Positions 52,051 to 60,528 of a stretch of DNA of 64,000 nt are shown here, piece by piece. How positions within the stretch are numbered: position 1 is the stretch's first letter; each line of letters begins with the position of its first letter. The stretch spans positions 1 through 64,000 of the forward strand of contig CAVVOP010000022.1 in NCBI GenBank assembly GCA_963749915.1, read 5' to 3'. Both the position numbers and the translations under genes were made by a program. The notes below the pieces were generated by a model. That model ran no database searches, had not been told where the DNA came from, and saw only the letters and a program-made list of their open reading frames with translations. This stretch comes from an uncultured cyanobacterium. Its GTDB lineage: Bacteria > Cyanobacteriota > Cyanobacteriia > Cyanobacteriales > Cyanobacteriaceae.

Positions 52051-52512
52051 ATGTTTAGTTTACGTGTTAAATTTTTAACCACGGCATCAAAACTCCAGGT
52101 TTTAGATTATACATCCCCAGATTTAAATGAGGATATTTTGTTGGAAGTCGCTGAGGAATACTTTCCGAAGCGTGTTAAGTTAGCCTTGGAGAAACGCTCG
52201 GATTTAAACGATTTTGCGACTTTATGGGAAATTCTCGGCATTCATGGAGTAATTGCCTTAGAAAATCAAGAAGGTGAAACAATCCGTATCGGGGTTTGCC
52301 TCTGTGACAGTGAAGGAAAGGCCCAAAATCTTCTTTATCATTTAAAAGGAAAACAATATACCCTTATGGGAAACTCCTTAAATATTCAACAATATTGGGT
52401 TTTTGTGGTTAAAAGCAAAAATTTTCCCCAAGAGGAAGAATGGATTGATATTCTTTACCGTGAAATTGACGAATCTTCCACCAATTCCGGTTGTCGTCTA
52501 ATTCTGTTGTAA
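52051..52512 (+). CDS. Hypothetical protein
   Basis: ORF with a GGAGG ribosome-binding site at 52041 before the ATG at 52051. Confidence 0.65.
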   Translation: MFSLRVKFLTTASKLQVLDYTSPDLNEDILLEVAEEYFPKRVKLALEKRSDLNDFATLWEILGIHGVIALENQEGETIRIGVCLCDSEGKAQNLLYHLKGKQYTLMGNSLNIQQYWVFVVKSKNFPQEEEWIDILYREIDESSTNSGCRLILL

Positions 52513-52699
52513 AGTGAATATAGTGAAGTCAGTCTTCATCATAAAATGATCACCAATTGATAATCTCAACCTAACATTTAGATGAAAAATTTCTTAATTC
52601 GGGAGAAAAAATTTTTGTTCTATTTAAAAAAGATTCGGTTAAGATTACCTAAACAGTATTAGTATTATCCCATTCTATGGGCATGAGGAGTAAATATCA

Positions 52700-53512
52700 A
52701 TGAATTTGAAGAAAGATGCCTTAAAGACTCTTAAGGAAACCAGTAGAACTTTTTATATCCCCATTAGTCGTTTACCCAATGGGTTACAAGAAGCTGTGAC
52801 ATCTGCTTACTTATGTATGAGGGCTATAGATGAAATTGAAGACCATCCTCAGATCGAGAATCAAACTAAAGCAAAAATTTTGAGAGATATTAGTTTAGCG
52901 TTACAGGCAGGACATCAAAATATTACTCACGAAGAAATGACAGAAGTTATAAAATCCTATCAACACATAATACCTGAAGTTAGTTATCGTTTTGGAGAAT
53001 GGGCTTTATTAGCACCTCCGACTATTGCTGGGAGAATTTGGGATGCCACAGCGGCAATGGCTGATAGAATGGCATACTGGTCAGAAAATAATTGGACAAT
53101 TAAAACTCAATCTCATTTAGATCAATATACCTTTAGTGTAGCTGGTTCGGTAGGCTTACTCTTGTCTGATTTGTGGGGATGGTACGATAACACTCAAACT
53201 AATCGAGAAGAAGCCATTGGTTTTGGTAGAGGTTTACAAGCGATAAATATTCTCCGTAATCATCAAGAAGATAAACTCAGAGGTGTTAGTTTTTTCCCCC
53301 AAGGGTGGCAATTAGAAGATATGCATCATTACGCCCGTTATAATCTTCGTTTAGCCGACTCTTATACAAAATCTTTACCAAAAGGTCCGGCTTTGCAATT
53401 TTGTCAAATACCTTTAACCCTTGCTCATGCGACTTTAGAAGTGCTAATTTTAGGTAAACCAAAACTTACCCGTAATGACGTAATGACTTTGGTCTCTCAA
53501 GTTTGCAGTTAG
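52700..53512 (+). CDS. sqs: Squalene synthase (Sll0513-like; phytoene/squalene synthase family)
   Basis: LKETSRTFYIPI, AYLCMRAIDEIED, YTFSVAGSVG, GLQAINILRN. Confidence 0.85.
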   Translation: MNLKKDALKTLKETSRTFYIPISRLPNGLQEAVTSAYLCMRAIDEIEDHPQIENQTKAKILRDISLALQAGHQNITHEEMTEVIKSYQHIIPEVSYRFGEWALLAPPTIAGRIWDATAAMADRMAYWSENNWTIKTQSHLDQYTFSVAGSVGLLLSDLWGWYDNTQTNREEAIGFGRGLQAINILRNHQEDKLRGVSFFPQGWQLEDMHHYARYNLRLADSYTKSLPKGPALQFCQIPLTLAHATLEVLILGKPKLTRNDVMTLVSQVCS

Positions 53513-53660
53513 GTATTTATCAACACTTCTTTCAGAAGTCACCGAATATGGCATCAACCTTCTATTCTTAAACACAAATCACGGGAATTTAACCTAGACA
53601 CGGTTTGGAAGGTTATGAAAATTTCTGGTGGGAAGGCAGGAGGCAGCGGTGCGGGAGCTC

Positions 53661-53883
53661 ACAAGTGTAGGTTTTTTACAATAGCATTCTGGTGGAGGTG
53701 AGACAAGGTGGACAAGGGTGGAAAGTGGACAAGGAAGAGGGGAATTATTCAAGAAGTACTTTGTTACAAGTAATACGATAATTGCTAAAAAGATCATTTT
53801 CCGTTTGTATTATCTTTTTTGTCTGCTGTCCTTCGTTCCTTCCTTGTCTTGTCTCAACCCAAATGTTAAAAACCTACCCTTGT
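53661..53883. mobile_element. 223-bp MITE-like element with 20-bp imperfect TIRs
   Basis: acaagtgtaggttttttaca vs tgttaaaaacctacccttgt (18/20 complementary); inner gagacaag / cttgtctc arms. Confidence 0.75.
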
Positions 53884-53929
53884 CAGGCAGTGCCCGCGTC
53901 GGCGAAAGACGCACTTGGTATAGGGTTGA

Positions 53930-55357
53930 TTATGCAGATAATAAAGCCTCGACAAATTCATAGCTAGAAAAAGGGCGTAAATCCTCAATGCCCTCTCCCG
54001 CACCAATAAAGCGAATTGGTAAATTTAATTGCTGAGATATGGCAAGGGCGACACCACCTTTAGCTGTACCGTCTAATTTCGTTAAGACTACTCCTGTTAA
54101 TTGAGCCGCTTCCGAAAATACCTGAGCTTGTCTGAGTCCATTTTGTCCTAAAGTGGCGTCTAGGACTAATAATGACTCAATATGAGCATTTTCCGCTTTT
54201 TTATCGATGATTCGCCGAATTTTGGCTAATTCTTCCATCAAGTTCTTTTTATTTTGTAACCTTCCCGCAGTATCTATTAATAATAAATTAGCATCTCGTG
54301 CCATCGCGGCACTAATACCGTCAAAAACCACGGCGGCAGGATCGGTATTTTGTCCTTGATTGGCTATGACAGGGGTATTGGTTCTTTCTCCCCAAACCTT
54401 AACTTGTTCAACGGCAGCAGCCCTAAAAGTATCAGCGGCGGCGATGATGCATTTATAACCGGATGTTTGCGCTAAATGGGCCAATTTTCCGATAGTGGTA
54501 GTTTTTCCCGCACCGTTAACCCCTGTTAATAACCAAATATTGAGTTTTCCCTCTTCAGGCTCAAATCCAGTCTTGGTAAGTTTTTTTAAGGGTTCATCCA
54601 ATACATCTTGTAATATTGTTTTTAAATAGGCGATCGCTTCTTCGGGGGGGAGGGCTTCTTCTTTGAGTTTATTCTGTAAAGTATTAATAATATAGTCTGT
54701 TGCTTCAATACCTACATCTGCGCTCAATAAAAGGGCTTCAATTTCCATTACAGCCTCTTGATTGAGAGGTCCTTGTCCAACAACGGATTTCAGTTGATTA
54801 ATTAAATTACGGCGAGTTTTACCCAAACCTTGACGTAATTTTTTTAGCCAAATAAACTCATCTTCGGATACATCATCAGGTAATCGTCCTTGAGAAGCTA
54901 AAACCTGTGCAGACCAAATGAAATCTTCGTCTAACTCTTTCTCAGGTTCAATGGCGTTTTCTTTCAATACCTCAAGGCGATCTGATTTTTGCAACCAAAC
55001 GGGGATATTTTCTTCTCTCGTTTCCATTTCTGAGGTAGTTTCCCTTACCGTGACGTCTTCAGATTTAACCACCGTTTCCGATTCAGTGTTAGGGGTTTCC
55101 ATGTCTTCCACCATCACAGTTTTCGGAGAAGATTCAGGGATAATTTCAGCCTCAGTAGTAGGGTTTTCCGTCGTAACCTGTTGTTGTTGCTTTTGTTTTT
55201 GGATATTGGCAAAAGCCGCCTTTGCCCATTCTAAAGAGGCTTGATCTGTGGTGACCGTAACTTCCTCTGTCTTTTCGGCTTCTACCGTTGAAGAATTTTC
55301 CACTAGAGGAGGGGTGACTGGATTATTTTCTTTATTACGACGAAACCAATTAAACAT
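53930..55357 (-). CDS. ftsY: Signal recognition particle receptor FtsY
   Basis: Acidic N-domain, GVNGAGKTTT, DTFRAAA, DTAGR, TKLDGTAKGG. Confidence 0.98.
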   Translation of the reverse strand: MFNWFRRNKENNPVTPPLVENSSTVEAEKTEEVTVTTDQASLEWAKAAFANIQKQKQQQQVTTENPTTEAEIIPESSPKTVMVEDMETPNTESETVVKSEDVTVRETTSEMETREENIPVWLQKSDRLEVLKENAIEPEKELDEDFIWSAQVLASQGRLPDDVSEDEFIWLKKLRQGLGKTRRNLINQLKSVVGQGPLNQEAVMEIEALLLSADVGIEATDYIINTLQNKLKEEALPPEEAIAYLKTILQDVLDEPLKKLTKTGFEPEEGKLNIWLLTGVNGAGKTTTIGKLAHLAQTSGYKCIIAAADTFRAAAVEQVKVWGERTNTPVIANQGQNTDPAAVVFDGISAAMARDANLLLIDTAGRLQNKKNLMEELAKIRRIIDKKAENAHIESLLVLDATLGQNGLRQAQVFSEAAQLTGVVLTKLDGTAKGGVALAISQQLNLPIRFIGAGEGIEDLRPFSSYEFVEALLSA

Positions 55358-55585
55358 AAAAGATTATAATTAATGTGCAATGAATATCTATTACTTTATC
55401 CTAAATTTGTTTTTATTTGATAATTTTTGATGACAGATAATATTATCTCAAAAAATAAACTATCCAACCCTAATCTCTTTCGCGTAAGTTCTGAACTTGT
55501 TAATAACTTTTATGGGTTGTTGTAATATTTTAAAAACATTTTATCCATCTACTTCACAAGTAAAAATTCGATCTATCAACAAAGG

Positions 55586-57061
55586 TTATTTATAAGCACA
55601 AATGATCGAATCATTAGGGTTGAATTTAACTACAATTAAAGTTATATCATCAGTATTATTATGACCCACCCCAACGAATTCCTTAATTTCTTGTAGAATA
55701 TAGTTAAGAATTTCCTCCGGGGTCAGGCGATTTTGACAAGCATAATCAAAACAAATAAGTAAATTATCCTCATCAAATCGTTGATTATTTTGATTCATGG
55801 CATCAGTTAAACCATCGGTATAATAGAGAATAACATCATTTAATTCTAGTTGAATAACATCCTCTTTATATTGAGAATCAGACTGTAAACCAATTAACAT
55901 CCCCTCTGTATCTAATCGGATAATTTTCTTCATTTTTTCCCTCCATAATAAGGGGGGATTATGTGCGGCATTGGCAAAGCGTAAAAGATGAGTTTGAGGG
56001 TCGTATTCGGAGTAAAATAATGTTACAAAACGATGAGAATTATCTAAATCCGCATACATTACCCGATTAAGATGCTCTAATACCTTGGCCGGAGAATGAC
56101 GGTTTAACACTTCTGCTCGTAACATCCCTCTTGTCATGGTCATAATTAACCCTGCGGGTACACCTTTACCCATTACATCCCCGATCACGATGATCCAGGG
56201 CTCACAGGGAGCGTTAGGTATTTGTGCCGTACCTTCATCCCATTGATCATAATTCACGGGAATAAAGTCATAATAATCACCACCAACACGATTTGCCGTT
56301 TCACATTTAGCGGCTACCTCTAAGCCTTTTATGGTGGGGCATTTTCGAGGTAATAATCTCAATTGGATTTCTGAGGCAATTTCTAATTCTCGATCTTGAC
56401 GTTCTTTTGATCTCAATTCTACTGTCAATTCATGATTTGAGATCGCTACGGCTGTTTGATCTGCTACTAATTGAGCTAATTTTTTACGGGTTTGTGTCCA
56501 TAAATATTGAGAATCTTGACTGAAAATATATAACCTTCCTTTTTCAATATTTTTTATCAAAATAGGAGTACTAAAAACCTTTAAAAATGGTGCAAGCTTA
56601 TCATTAAATTTATTTTCTACAAAACTGGAAAAACACTCAACATTTGAAAATTTATCTGATTTTTTTTTAATATTTTTATGATGGCTATTAATATCTGCAA
56701 TTATCTCTTGGAAAGAATCATTAATTTGATCTCGAAATTGATTATTTTGACAATAAATTTGCTCTAAACTAACTTTATGATTATCGTGATAAAGTATTAA
56801 CGCACTACCTTCTGCATCAGTGACTCTAGCCGCCATTAGGGGGGTTAACTCTAAAAACTGATTCAAATTATTAAAACTACGTAAGGCGAAACTTAGAGAG
56901 CTTAGTAAATTTTGAATTTTATTCTGTTCTCTTTGTAAACTAGCTACTAATTCTTTTAACGCCAAAACAGGGCTATATTTGTCCGATTGATAATTAGGTG
57001 ACACAGTTTCAGAATTAAGAGAATTAGGATTAAAAAGAGAATTAGGATTAAAAATAGACAC
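55586..57061 (-). CDS. GAF + SpoIIE/PP2C Ser/Thr phosphatase
   Basis: VGGDYYDF, GDVMGKG, YTDGLTD, DDITL. Confidence 0.92.
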   Translation of the reverse strand: MSIFNPNSLFNPNSLNSETVSPNYQSDKYSPVLALKELVASLQREQNKIQNLLSSLSFALRSFNNLNQFLELTPLMAARVTDAEGSALILYHDNHKVSLEQIYCQNNQFRDQINDSFQEIIADINSHHKNIKKKSDKFSNVECFSSFVENKFNDKLAPFLKVFSTPILIKNIEKGRLYIFSQDSQYLWTQTRKKLAQLVADQTAVAISNHELTVELRSKERQDRELEIASEIQLRLLPRKCPTIKGLEVAAKCETANRVGGDYYDFIPVNYDQWDEGTAQIPNAPCEPWIIVIGDVMGKGVPAGLIMTMTRGMLRAEVLNRHSPAKVLEHLNRVMYADLDNSHRFVTLFYSEYDPQTHLLRFANAAHNPPLLWREKMKKIIRLDTEGMLIGLQSDSQYKEDVIQLELNDVILYYTDGLTDAMNQNNQRFDEDNLLICFDYACQNRLTPEEILNYILQEIKEFVGVGHNNTDDITLIVVKFNPNDSIICAYK

Positions 57062-57233
57062 AGAAATATTTTAATAACTTCTAAAAAGGGTAAGTATAGA
57101 TTGACTAAATATAAGGGTCAACTCAATCAATGATGAGGAAAGTATATCAACTATTAATCAAATGTCAAGTTTTATGACAATGAATGATGAACAATGCGCA
57201 ATTAAATCAGCAATTAACAATTAATTAATAGAC

Positions 57234-57263
57234 TTGAATCGGGAATTAGTAATATAGTATAAT
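57234..57263 (+). promoter_or_regulatory. Sigma70-type promoter of prk
   Basis: TTGAAT-N18-TATAAT about 100 bp upstream of the ATG. Confidence 0.55.
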
Positions 57264-57361
57264 GTTTCGAGAAAAAGTTGGGTTCTTCTACAGTAGTTAT
57301 ACTGCGAACGGGTTAAAACTGGACTTTTTGCGATTTTATTCAACTATTAGGATTGACTCCC

Positions 57362-58273
57362 ATGTCCCAAAAACATCCCATTATAGCAGTGACGGGTTCT
57401 TCCGGGGCTGGTACTAGCACCGTTAAACGCTCTTTTGAGCATATCTTTATGCGTGAAGGGATCAAGTCCGTCGTCGTCGAAGGTGACAGCTATCATAAAT
57501 ATAATCGCGTTGAAATGCGCCAAGTCATGAGTAAGGCGACGGCAGATGGTAGAAATATGAGCCACTTTGGGCCAGAAGCGAATGTGTTGGACAAGCTCGA
57601 AGCCCTGTTCAAGGAATACGGAGAATCGGGTAGCGGCAAAAAGCGTTATTACCTACACAGCACTGAAGAAGCAGAACACCATAATGCTCGACTCGGAAAA
57701 AATTGTAAGTCCGGAGAGTTTACCCCCTGGGAAGACATCGAAACCTCAACGGATATGCTTTTCTATGAAGGTCTGCACGGCGGTATCGTTGCCGATGGAA
57801 TTAATGTTGCCCAGTACGTTGATCTCTTAGTCGGTGTAGTTCCCATTGTGAATTTGGAGTGGATTCAAAAAATTTATCGGGATAATGCTGAACGGGGCTA
57901 CAGTGCTGAAGCAACGGTGGATACTATTCTGCGTCGGATGCCAGACTATGTTAATTACATTGCCCCCCAGTTCTCCCGTACCCATATCAACTTCCAGCGC
58001 GTACCGACCGTTGATACCTCCAATCCCTTTATCTGTCGGGATATTCCTCTACTAGATGAAAGCTTTGTAATTATTCATACCAATCGTTGTTTCCGGGAAA
58101 AATATGAAATTGATTTTCCCTATCTCCTGAGCATGATCCATAACTCATTTATGTCCCGTCATACTACTCTAGTGGTGCCTGGTGGCAAGATGGGTTTCGC
58201 AATGGAAATCATTCTATCGCCCCTGATCGACTTAATGCTAAGTAATTCCAAAAAGCTAAAAAAATCAAAATAA
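57362..58273 (+). CDS. prk: Phosphoribulokinase, proteobacterial/alpha-cyanobacterial type
   Basis: MSQKHPIIAVTGSSGAGTS, EGDSYH, SHFGPEAN, FYEGLHG, NLEWIQKIYRD..RGYS, NFQRVPTVDTSNPF. Confidence 0.93.
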   Translation: MSQKHPIIAVTGSSGAGTSTVKRSFEHIFMREGIKSVVVEGDSYHKYNRVEMRQVMSKATADGRNMSHFGPEANVLDKLEALFKEYGESGSGKKRYYLHSTEEAEHHNARLGKNCKSGEFTPWEDIETSTDMLFYEGLHGGIVADGINVAQYVDLLVGVVPIVNLEWIQKIYRDNAERGYSAEATVDTILRRMPDYVNYIAPQFSRTHINFQRVPTVDTSNPFICRDIPLLDESFVIIHTNRCFREKYEIDFPYLLSMIHNSFMSRHTTLVVPGGKMGFAMEIILSPLIDLMLSNSKKLKKSK

Positions 58274-58322
58274 TGGGCGTAGTGGTCTGTTAAGATAGTT
58301 TTGAGGGACTGGGAACGGATAA

Positions 58323-58452
58323 TTTTGGATCTCTTGGTCGGCATTCCCTCTCTTGGTGGACGTTCCCTTGCGACTTCCGTCGTCGCGGGCTTCCACCGCT
58401 TGCGCCTTTCGGCGGCGCGGGGTCCGACCGCTTTTGGATTTTGGATTTTGGA
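58323..58452 (-). other. GC-rich structured element flanked by (TTTTGGA)n heptamers
   Basis: Nested stems GGTCGG/CCGACC and GGTGGA/TCCACC; two GNRA-capped hairpins on the minus strand. Confidence 0.7.
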
Positions 58453-58541
58453 GGATTGTTTTATCCCTCATTTCAAAATTTGCAGACCAGTAGTTTCATT
58501 TAGGAATTAAAAGCATAAAATCCTTTGTACTAAGATAAATG

Positions 58542-58574
58542 GCGATCATGGGAAGCATGGCGCTACGCGATCGC
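58542..58574. repeat. HIP1-associated short insert (SDR5-like variant)
   Basis: gcgatcatgggaagcatggcgctac + gcgatcgc, resembling 48067-48095. Confidence 0.6.
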
Positions 58575-58681
58575 CCATCTTGATAGTTGGCTTAGGGGGA
58601 TTTTGTGCAGGTTTACGTTCTCGGAGGCTGACAATGAGCTTTAATAAGAAGTGAGAAAATGTAAGAGATTTAATTTGTCAT

Positions 58682-59176
58682 ATGGAAATATATTTAATTC
58701 GTCATGGTATTGCAGAATCGAGGAGTATAGAACAAAATGATCCTGAAAGAATTTTGACGAGTAGAGGAATTACGAAAACTCAACAAGTTGCCCAAAAATT
58801 ATCTAGTTTAGAGATACAGTTTGACGTAATTGTTAGTAGTCCTTATATTAGAGCCAAGGAAACTGCTATTATTATGCAACAAGCAAAAATAACCTCTAAA
58901 ATTATCGAACATTCGGCCTTAGTACCAGAAGGAAATATACTGGAGTGGGTAAGTTGGCTACAAAATTCTGATTATAATCAAGATAGCAATATTGCTTTAG
59001 TAGGTCATCAGCCAAATCTTGGTAATTGGGCAGAATTACTGGTTTGGGGTCAGATTCAAGGAAAATTAATCCTCAAAAAAGCCGGTATTATCGGTTTAGA
59101 GTTACTCGATTTATCCAATCCCATCGGTACAAGTGAGTTATTTTTATTGGCGAGTCCTAAATGGATTACTAATTAG
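58682..59176 (+). CDS. sixA: Phosphohistidine phosphatase SixA
   Basis: YLIRHG, SSPYIRAKETA, LVGHQP; upstream of gltA. Confidence 0.93.
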   Translation: MEIYLIRHGIAESRSIEQNDPERILTSRGITKTQQVAQKLSSLEIQFDVIVSSPYIRAKETAIIMQQAKITSKIIEHSALVPEGNILEWVSWLQNSDYNQDSNIALVGHQPNLGNWAELLVWGQIQGKLILKKAGIIGLELLDLSNPIGTSELFLLASPKWITN

Positions 59177-59322
59177 AGTTTTGTTTCAGAAAAACCTGAT
59201 AACAATGTCTATGCCTTGACTTTATCTTGTCAGTTAATGGTTTAGTATCTTATATGACTTTTGTTGGGTACAGAATCAATTAATTTCACTATTACTTTAA
59301 ATTTTGTTGGAGATGTACAAAT

Positions 59323-60462
59323 ATGACAGCCTGTGAATATCAACCCGGTTTGGAGGGAATCCCCGTAGCTAAATCAAGTGTTAGTTTTGTGGATGGAAAG
59401 CTGGGTATTTTAGAATATAGGGGTATTGACATTGAAGAATTAGCCCAAAAAAGTACTTTTCTGGAAACCGCCTACTTACTAATTTGGGGTAAATTACCGA
59501 CGAAGGAAGAATTGACTGCTTTTCAGGAGGATATTAACAACCATCGGCGCATTAAATATCATATTCGGGATATGATGAAGTGTTTTCCCGAAAGTGGACA
59601 CCCCATGGACGCATTACAAACTTCGGCGGCGGCGTTGGGTTTATTTTACTCTCGTCGGGCTTTAGCTAAAGAAGAATATATCCATGATGCCGTGGTTAGA
59701 CTATTAGCTAAAATCCCCACAATGGTGGCGGCCTTTGCACAAATGCGTGAGGGGAATGATCCCGTTAAGCCAAACGAACACTTGAACTACTCCGCTAATT
59801 TTCTGTATATGCTTACAGAAAAAGAACCCGAACCATTGGAAGCGAGAATATTTGATGTTTGTTTAATGCTTCATGCTGAACATACCATGAATGCTTCTAC
59901 TTTTTCCGCGATGGTGACAGCTTCTACCCTCACAGATCCTTATGCAGTAGTAGCTTCGGCAGTAGGGACTTTAGCGGGTCCTTTACATGGAGGTGCTAAT
60001 GAAGAAGTTTTGTCAATGTTAGAGGAAATTGGCAGTGTCGAAAATGTCCGCCCTTATATTGAAAAGTGCATCGAGAATAAGGAGAAAATCATGGGTTTTG
60101 GTCATCGGGTTTATAAAGTAAAAGATCCTAGGGCAAAGATATTACAACAGTTAGCCGAACGATTATTTGAATTAACAGGTCATGATGATTATTATGACAT
60201 CGCTTTAGAAGTAGAAAAAGTGGTCGCTGAGAAATTGGGTGCTAAGGGAATTTATGCTAATGTCGATTTTTATTCTGGATTGGTTTATCGCAAGTTAGGC
60301 ATCAAAACTGATTTATTTACGCCTATGTTTGCCATTTCTCGGGTAGCCGGTTGGTTAGCCCATTGGAAAGAACAATTAGTCGTCAATCGTATTTTTCGTC
60401 CAACTCAAGTATATGTGGGGGTACATAATAGAGAGTATATTCCCATAGAAGAACGATATTAA
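59323..60462 (+). CDS. gltA: Citrate synthase
   Basis: HAEHTMNAST, GPLHGGANE, GFGHRVYK, NVDFYSG. Confidence 0.98.
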   Translation: MTACEYQPGLEGIPVAKSSVSFVDGKLGILEYRGIDIEELAQKSTFLETAYLLIWGKLPTKEELTAFQEDINNHRRIKYHIRDMMKCFPESGHPMDALQTSAAALGLFYSRRALAKEEYIHDAVVRLLAKIPTMVAAFAQMREGNDPVKPNEHLNYSANFLYMLTEKEPEPLEARIFDVCLMLHAEHTMNASTFSAMVTASTLTDPYAVVASAVGTLAGPLHGGANEEVLSMLEEIGSVENVRPYIEKCIENKEKIMGFGHRVYKVKDPRAKILQQLAERLFELTGHDDYYDIALEVEKVVAEKLGAKGIYANVDFYSGLVYRKLGIKTDLFTPMFAISRVAGWLAHWKEQLVVNRIFRPTQVYVGVHNREYIPIEERY

Positions 60463-60528
60463 CAATTAGCAGTTAAACAATTAACGATTAATTTACTCTT
60501 CAATTCCGGTTCTATGGATTAAAAAGTC

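Noticed and set aside
53594..53967. Small ORFs at 53594, 53718 and 53782
   Set aside because: They overlap the MITE-like palindrome and have low-complexity translations
57017..57055. 18-bp tandem duplication at the start of the PP2C gene (FNPNSL x2)
   Set aside because: Real, but it lies in a non-conserved N-terminal tail; probably neutral slippage
58159..58510. Small ORFs at 58159, 58265 and 58301
   Set aside because: They arise from the stop-poor GC-rich structured element; no recognisable protein features
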